Below, piece by piece: positions 59,257-64,000 of a stretch of DNA of 64,000 nt. This stretch comes from Oopsacas minuta (lineage: Eukaryota > Animalia > Porifera): positions 1,215,930 through 1,279,929 of the forward strand of contig JAKMXF010000222.1 of NCBI GenBank assembly GCA_024704765.1, read 5' to 3'. The notes under the pieces were generated by a model. The model was given only the letters and a program-made list of their open reading frames with translations. It was not told where the DNA came from and did no database searches. How positions within the stretch are numbered: the stretch's first letter is position 1; each line of letters opens with the position of its first letter. The position numbers were made by a program, and so were the translations under genes.

Positions 59257-60636
59257 ATGGAAAACGTACTGTCATTAGCTAGAGATTTGCAACTGAAAAT
59301 ACAGAGTAATGAGGATTCAGTTCATAAGGTACTCAGTAATGCTCTCCATCTTCAGGATGTTCTACACTACACTGAAGAAGTGAGTTAATAAGGTTACATA
59401 TATGCATAGACCTAGGTGGGGGGTTGTTAGGGGTTGCTGGCAACCCCAGTGGCAACCCCAAATAGGAAATGCTAGCTACGCCTCTGCGTATATATCAACC
59501 AGGTGTATATTTAGCCATCAATACGCTCTTTATATTTATCATTTGTGCCTAAGATATATTATTATAAAGGTGAAATTTGGCATTTTCTGATCAAATTACA
59601 TGACATTAACTCCTGAGTTAAGCATATAAAATCACATAAGAGGAGTGTTAGTAGTGTATTAACGTAATACCTTTTGATAGTATTAGGTTTGTCTGTAGTT
59701 GTAATAGTTTACTCAATAAACCCGACTCTTTTATCCAGCTTGCTTGATTATTATATCCGTAAATAGTTCCACAACAACATAGAGAGTATCAATAGAGTTT
59801 CAGGTAGGAACTACACTTCTGTATACACAGAGCATAATCTAGCACCTGCAGATAGATCACAATTTGCTAAGCTTCAGAAAGAGAACACAGATCTGAAAAC
59901 TACACTGGATGATTATCAATCTGCTCTAGAGCTAATAATGACTAAGTATAGACAGCAAGTTAGTACACATATCTTATAGATCGTTTTGTTTCCAAATTTT
60001 ATTTCCCAGGTTTCTGAAACTCCATCCCCCGTAAATGTTATCTTCAAACGCTTCATCTGCAAACCAGGATTGTATTTTCTCGAAATAAATCTTTACTACC
60101 AAAATTAGTCCCTATGCATCGTTCTAGTGCTTAGAATAATAGAAAACATCATATTTCAAATTGTATTTCCTGTTGCTAAGTTAATAGATTGTTGAATTTT
60201 GTTATTTCTTTTTGTTGAAATAAATTTAAATTTAGATTCTCTACGATTTCTTAAATATGTTCTCTTATCGTCATCTGTCTAGCTTGCTACTGCATGGAGT
60301 GGATGCTATTAGTGTTGAGTATTCCTCATTAGCATATATCATTCAATTCAACTTGTTTGGTTATCCTATTTACATAATATTCTTTCAGCCATTATCTATG
60401 TTTCTGATCTTTTTGCGAATGTATCGTTGGCGAATACGAATCAATAAAACCTGTGAGATATCTGTAAGATAACATTCAACTATTGAGTAACTTGTTTACG
60501 CACACATAACTACATTTATCTAATCAGTATTTTATTATAATTGCATTTGATTTATTCAATATTTCTTTATAAGATGAGGAAGCTGATTGAATCTCAGAAA
60601 ACTGATTCCTCTCTCTCTCAAATACGTCAATACGAG
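59257..60636 (+). CDS. FGFR1OP2: FGFR1OP2/SIKE family protein, 5' exons only; join(59257..59379,59767..59958,60574..60636,...)
   Basis: AKLQKENTDLKTTLDDYQSALELIMTKYRQQ|MRKLI matches the SIKE family motif (L..HQSALELIMSKYR.Q). Exon 3 ends in a GT donor with no stop, so the remaining exons lie beyond the TE nest. Confidence 0.8.
59405..59486. mobile_element. Short degenerate hAT-type MITE in FGFR1OP2 intron 1
   Basis: GC-rich island with ends CATAGACCTAG / reverse complement CAGAGGCGTAG; flanks CATATATG / CGTATATA are only a 6 of 8 match. Confidence 0.4.
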
Positions 60637-61194
60637 GTATGTAATATTAAATGTGTTACAAGCTAATTGAATGATTAATTATAATATTGATAGCATCTTA
60701 TTACGCCAGTATTACGCTCCAAATTTGTTAATTGTCCACTATACAGGTTTATACTGCTAACTTATGCAATATCCCTTCATCAGTTACACAATTATAACTA
60801 TTATAACTATTATAACGGTAATATCATTCTATAGTACATTTATGTATAGAATGCTATGCTCTATCCCAGTGGTTCCCAACGGGGGCGTTTGCTTTGCCTC
60901 AGGGGGAGCTGTGAGGGGCGCTGACAAGATAATGAGCCGTTGGATGAAGATTTATTCTAACATCTGTAAATTTTTCGAAATACTATTGTATCCTTTTTAT
61001 GTTGTACACTTCACCCATAATGACAATTCTAACACGTTACCCACAAGAAGAGCTAAGTATTCACCATTTACAATCAATCAATGCTTTCAATGGTATTGTT
61101 TCTTTGTTTTGAATAAACAGTTCAGACTTCTTAACAAAGAAGTTATAAAAAGTGATCATACCATGTTATTTCATTAATTACCTCTGGCCAATAA

Positions 61195-63565
61195 CACTGG
61201 CCAACAACATTTTCTTGGCTGATAAGTTGAGACTATTTCTAGGGTATATCGGGGTCACTGAGTTCGAAAATGGCACTAGTTCTGGTCAATTGGCTCTACT
61301 TTTCGTGATATTGTAAAATTATGTTTTTCAGCATCCGTGAATCTGTGTTCACCGATGCCATATAGTATGTATGTATTACAATATAACTAGAATTGAACCT
61401 AAGTAATAAGCAGATAATTTGAGATATAATATGATCTGAATACTTATCAATCATGAACGAATGTTCTCTTATACGAATTCCTCTTGTGAGGATCTTGGGG
61501 GCAATCACGCATAAAGGCTCCAGCAGTAATCTGCCAACATGTGAGCGTCCCATCTTCCTTGGTACCGTTCCTCCATAGTCCTGATGTCTTGGCGGAATCG
61601 TTCGCCCTGTTCTTCGCTTAAATCACCAAGATTTTCAGGGAATCTCTCTAAATGGCTATAGAGATAGTGAAGTTTTATGCTCATTATGGTTCCCAGACTG
61701 TGGAAGTTCTTGAGCATGCCTTCGATCAGATTCTGGTAGTTAGCCACTTTGGCGTTGCCTAAGAATCCCTTTACAACATCGACAAAGGAATACCACGCGG
61801 CAGCCTCAACTCCAGTCATGTGTGAGGCGAATTCTTCATCTTTTATCAGTTTTCTGATTTGTGGCCCATCAAAAATTCCTGCCTTAAGTTTTTCGCTACT
61901 CAGACCACGATATACTGAGCAGAGGTAGTTGAAACAGGTACCATCTTTGTTCAATGCCTTTACGAATTGTTTCATCAGTCCCAACTTGATATGTAGTGGT
62001 GGTAGGATGATACGGTCACGGCTAACTAGTGGCTCATTAATGATATTCTTTTCCCTCACGGCAATCTTTTGACGAACTGGCCAGTTCTTCTTTTCCCAGT
62101 GCACCTCATCCGCTCTGCTGTCCCACAAACAAAGAAAGCATGGGTATNNNNNNNNNNNNNNNNNNNNNNNNNNNNNNNNNNNNNNNNNNNNNNNNNNNNN
62201 NNNNNNNNNNNNNNNNNNNNNNNNNNNNNNNNNNNNNNNNNNNNNNNNNNNNNNNNNNNNNNNNNNNNNNNNNNNNNNNNNNNNNNNNNNNNNNNNNNNN
62301 NNNNNNNNNNNNNNNNNNNNNNNNNNNNNNNNNNNNNNNNNNNNNNNNNNNNNNNNNNNNNNNNNNNNNNNNNNNNNNNNNNNNNNNNNNNNNNNNNNNN
62401 NNNNNNNNNNNNNNNNNNNNNNNNNNNNNNNNNNNNNNNNNNNNNNNNNNNNNNNNNNNNNNNNNNNNNNNNNNNNNNNNNNNNNNNNNNNNNNNNNNNN
62501 NNNNNNNNNNNNNNNNNNNNNNNNNNNNNNNNNNNNNNNNNNNNNNNNNNNNNNNNNNNNNNNNNNNNNNNNNNNNNNNNNNNNNNNNNNNNNNNNNNNN
62601 NNNNNNNNNNNNNNNNNNNNNNNNNNNNNNNNNNNNNNNNNNNNNNNNNNNNNNNNNNNNNNNNNNNNNNNNNNNNNNNNNNNNNNNNNNNNNNNNNNNN
62701 NNNNNNNNNNNNNNNNNNNNNNNNNNNNNNNNNNNNNNNNNNNNNNNNNNNNNNNNNNNNNNNNNNNNNNNNNNNNNNNNNNNNNNNNNNNNNNNNNNNN
62801 NNNNNNNNNNNNNNNNNNNNNNNNNNNNNNNNNNNNNNNNNNNNNNNNNNNNNNNNNNNNNNNNNTAAGTGCTGTCCGACGATTCATCAATTGCCTCAGT
62901 AAACGCAGTATCAGGTAAGGCCGTAAAAACAGGCACCTGAATTTCGCTGCAGTGTGGAATTGGCCGTCTTGCAGAATGTATGTCAGGATAATGCCACGAA
63001 TTCTTTTTCTGCCGGTTCCATCCAGACATTTTAACCATGCAGAAGTAGCAGTCATCGTGATGGTTCTTGGGCTCTCGCCAAACCATTGGTACCCCAAACT
63101 TCATGGATTTGGCTTTTCCTTGGGTCCATAGGCGGAGGGTTTCTGTGCAATATTTGCACACTCTGTGAGGGCTCCATAACTTATCCTGATCGCCTAATTT
63201 AATACCAAATTAATCCTGATAAGCTATTTTGGTGAGATTTCTAATATTAAAACGATGTTCCTTTGCCATATATTCACCACAAATATAGCAAAAGACATCA
63301 GGATCATTGAGGCAACACGTCTAATGCGCTTTGAATCCATAAAAGGTTCTATTTTGTGAACAAATAGTTGTAAATGTTGATATAAACATACAAACCGAAA
63401 ATATTTGTAGTATTACCTTAAAAATTTAAGGTTGTGCAATATCTAGAGAACTAGCGCCAATTCAGCAAAACTAATAGTATTTTCGGATACAGGAACCCCG
63501 ATATACCCTAAAAACACTCCAACAATCTAAGTCAAGAGATAGAAATATTTTTTTGTTGGCCTGTG
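61195..63565 (-). mobile_element. Full-length but defective Chapaev3 (CMC) transposon
   Basis: TIRs CAC(T/A)GGCCAACAA, 3-bp TSD TAA, shared subterminal TAGGGTATATCGGGGT. The transposase on the minus strand (~63340-61505) carries FCYICG, GDQDK, PMVWREPKNHHDDCYFC, YPCFLCLWDSR, PPLHIKLGLMKQFVKAL, GIFDGPQIR and SEEQGERF. It has an early frameshift and an in-frame TAA. Confidence 0.85.
62148..62865. other. Assembly gap (about 720 N)
   Basis: Run of N inside the Chapaev3 transposase; boundaries are approximate. Confidence 0.95.
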
Positions 63566-64000
63566 TAATAGACACGATTTTTCTTGCATATCCAATCATG
63601 GCTGAAAACCCCAAGAAAAAATGCCGTCAATACTCCATAGATTATCTGAAATTTGGCTTCATCGCTTCACCTACTAATCAACAATTACCCTTTTGTTTAC
63701 TCTGCAATCAAGTGTTCTCTAATGAGGGCATGAAACCTTCACGTATGTGCGGCCATTTGACGAAGAAACACCCTGATAAGAAAGACAAGGATCTCAAATA
63801 TTTCCAGACTTTAAGCAAGCAGTTTGCAAATCGTAGTTCCATAGATGGAATGATTAACAAAATTACTACTAAAAATGACGATGGTCTTGTTGCTTCTTAC
63901 AATATATCTCTTTTAATCGCCAAATGTGGAAAGCCTCATACAATAGGTGAAAAGCTCATCCTTCCAGCTATAAGAGAGGTTATATCTACTGTCATGCATC

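Larger units (their letters stand above)
60867..64000 (+). mobile_element. hAT (Buster/Charlie, SCAND3/ZBED5-like) transposon, interrupted by Chapaev3; transposase ORF 63598->64000 runs off the window
   Basis: Left TIR CAGTGGTTCCCAAC is preceded by CTCTATCC (nnnTAnnn Buster-type site). ORF MAENPKKKCRQYSIDYLKFGF..PFCLLC..SNEGMKPSR..HLTKKH (BED finger)..ASYNISLLIAKCGKPHTIGEKLILPA. Confidence 0.85.

Noticed and set aside
61505-63161. Long ORF-track entries of 242-530 aa spanning the N run
   Set aside because: They are artefacts of translating through Ns. The 61505..63097 entry is labelled + but its peptide is the minus-strand Chapaev frame, joining two different frames across the gap.

Overview
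AT-rich, gene-dense, intron-poor eukaryotic (metazoan) genomic DNA. Gene content and compactness suggest a basal animal such as a glass sponge, but this is inference only. Recognisable host genes in order: DNAJC17 (C-terminally truncated), ACAT1, FKBP6, an orphan tail-anchored protein, an atypical Rab-like GTPase, an Sp-family zinc-finger TF (minus strand), MEAK7/TLDC1, TRAF7, FBXO3, a short PHRF1-like RING-PHD gene, DNAJC21, LUC7L3, a nischarin-like PX-LRR gene, clathrin light chain plus a broken local duplicate, ABHD14A-like, and the 5' exons of FGFR1OP2/SIKE. Intergenic DNA and introns hold many DNA-transposon relics: MULE, a DD37D maT Tc1/mariner, two Chapaev3 copies, hAT/Buster plus several hAT MITEs with 8-bp TSDs, pogo-like MITEs, a Transib (RAG1-like) relic ending in CACAGTG, and a non-autonomous Helitron family. 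No retroelement, rRNA, tRNA or CRISPR array was recognised. Most unusual points: (1) a fold-back templated insertion that creates the DNAJC17 stop codon and heads a hairpin cluster; (2) the Transib relic with an RSS-heptamer end; (3) a Chapaev3-in-hAT-in-intron nest; (4) the TE-bounded clathrin light chain duplicate; (5) a pre-miRNA-like hairpin and a phase-compatible chain of short exons in the apparent gene desert at 14-20 kb. An N gap lies at about 62148-62865. All exon structures were read by eye from GT-AG sites and frame continuity.
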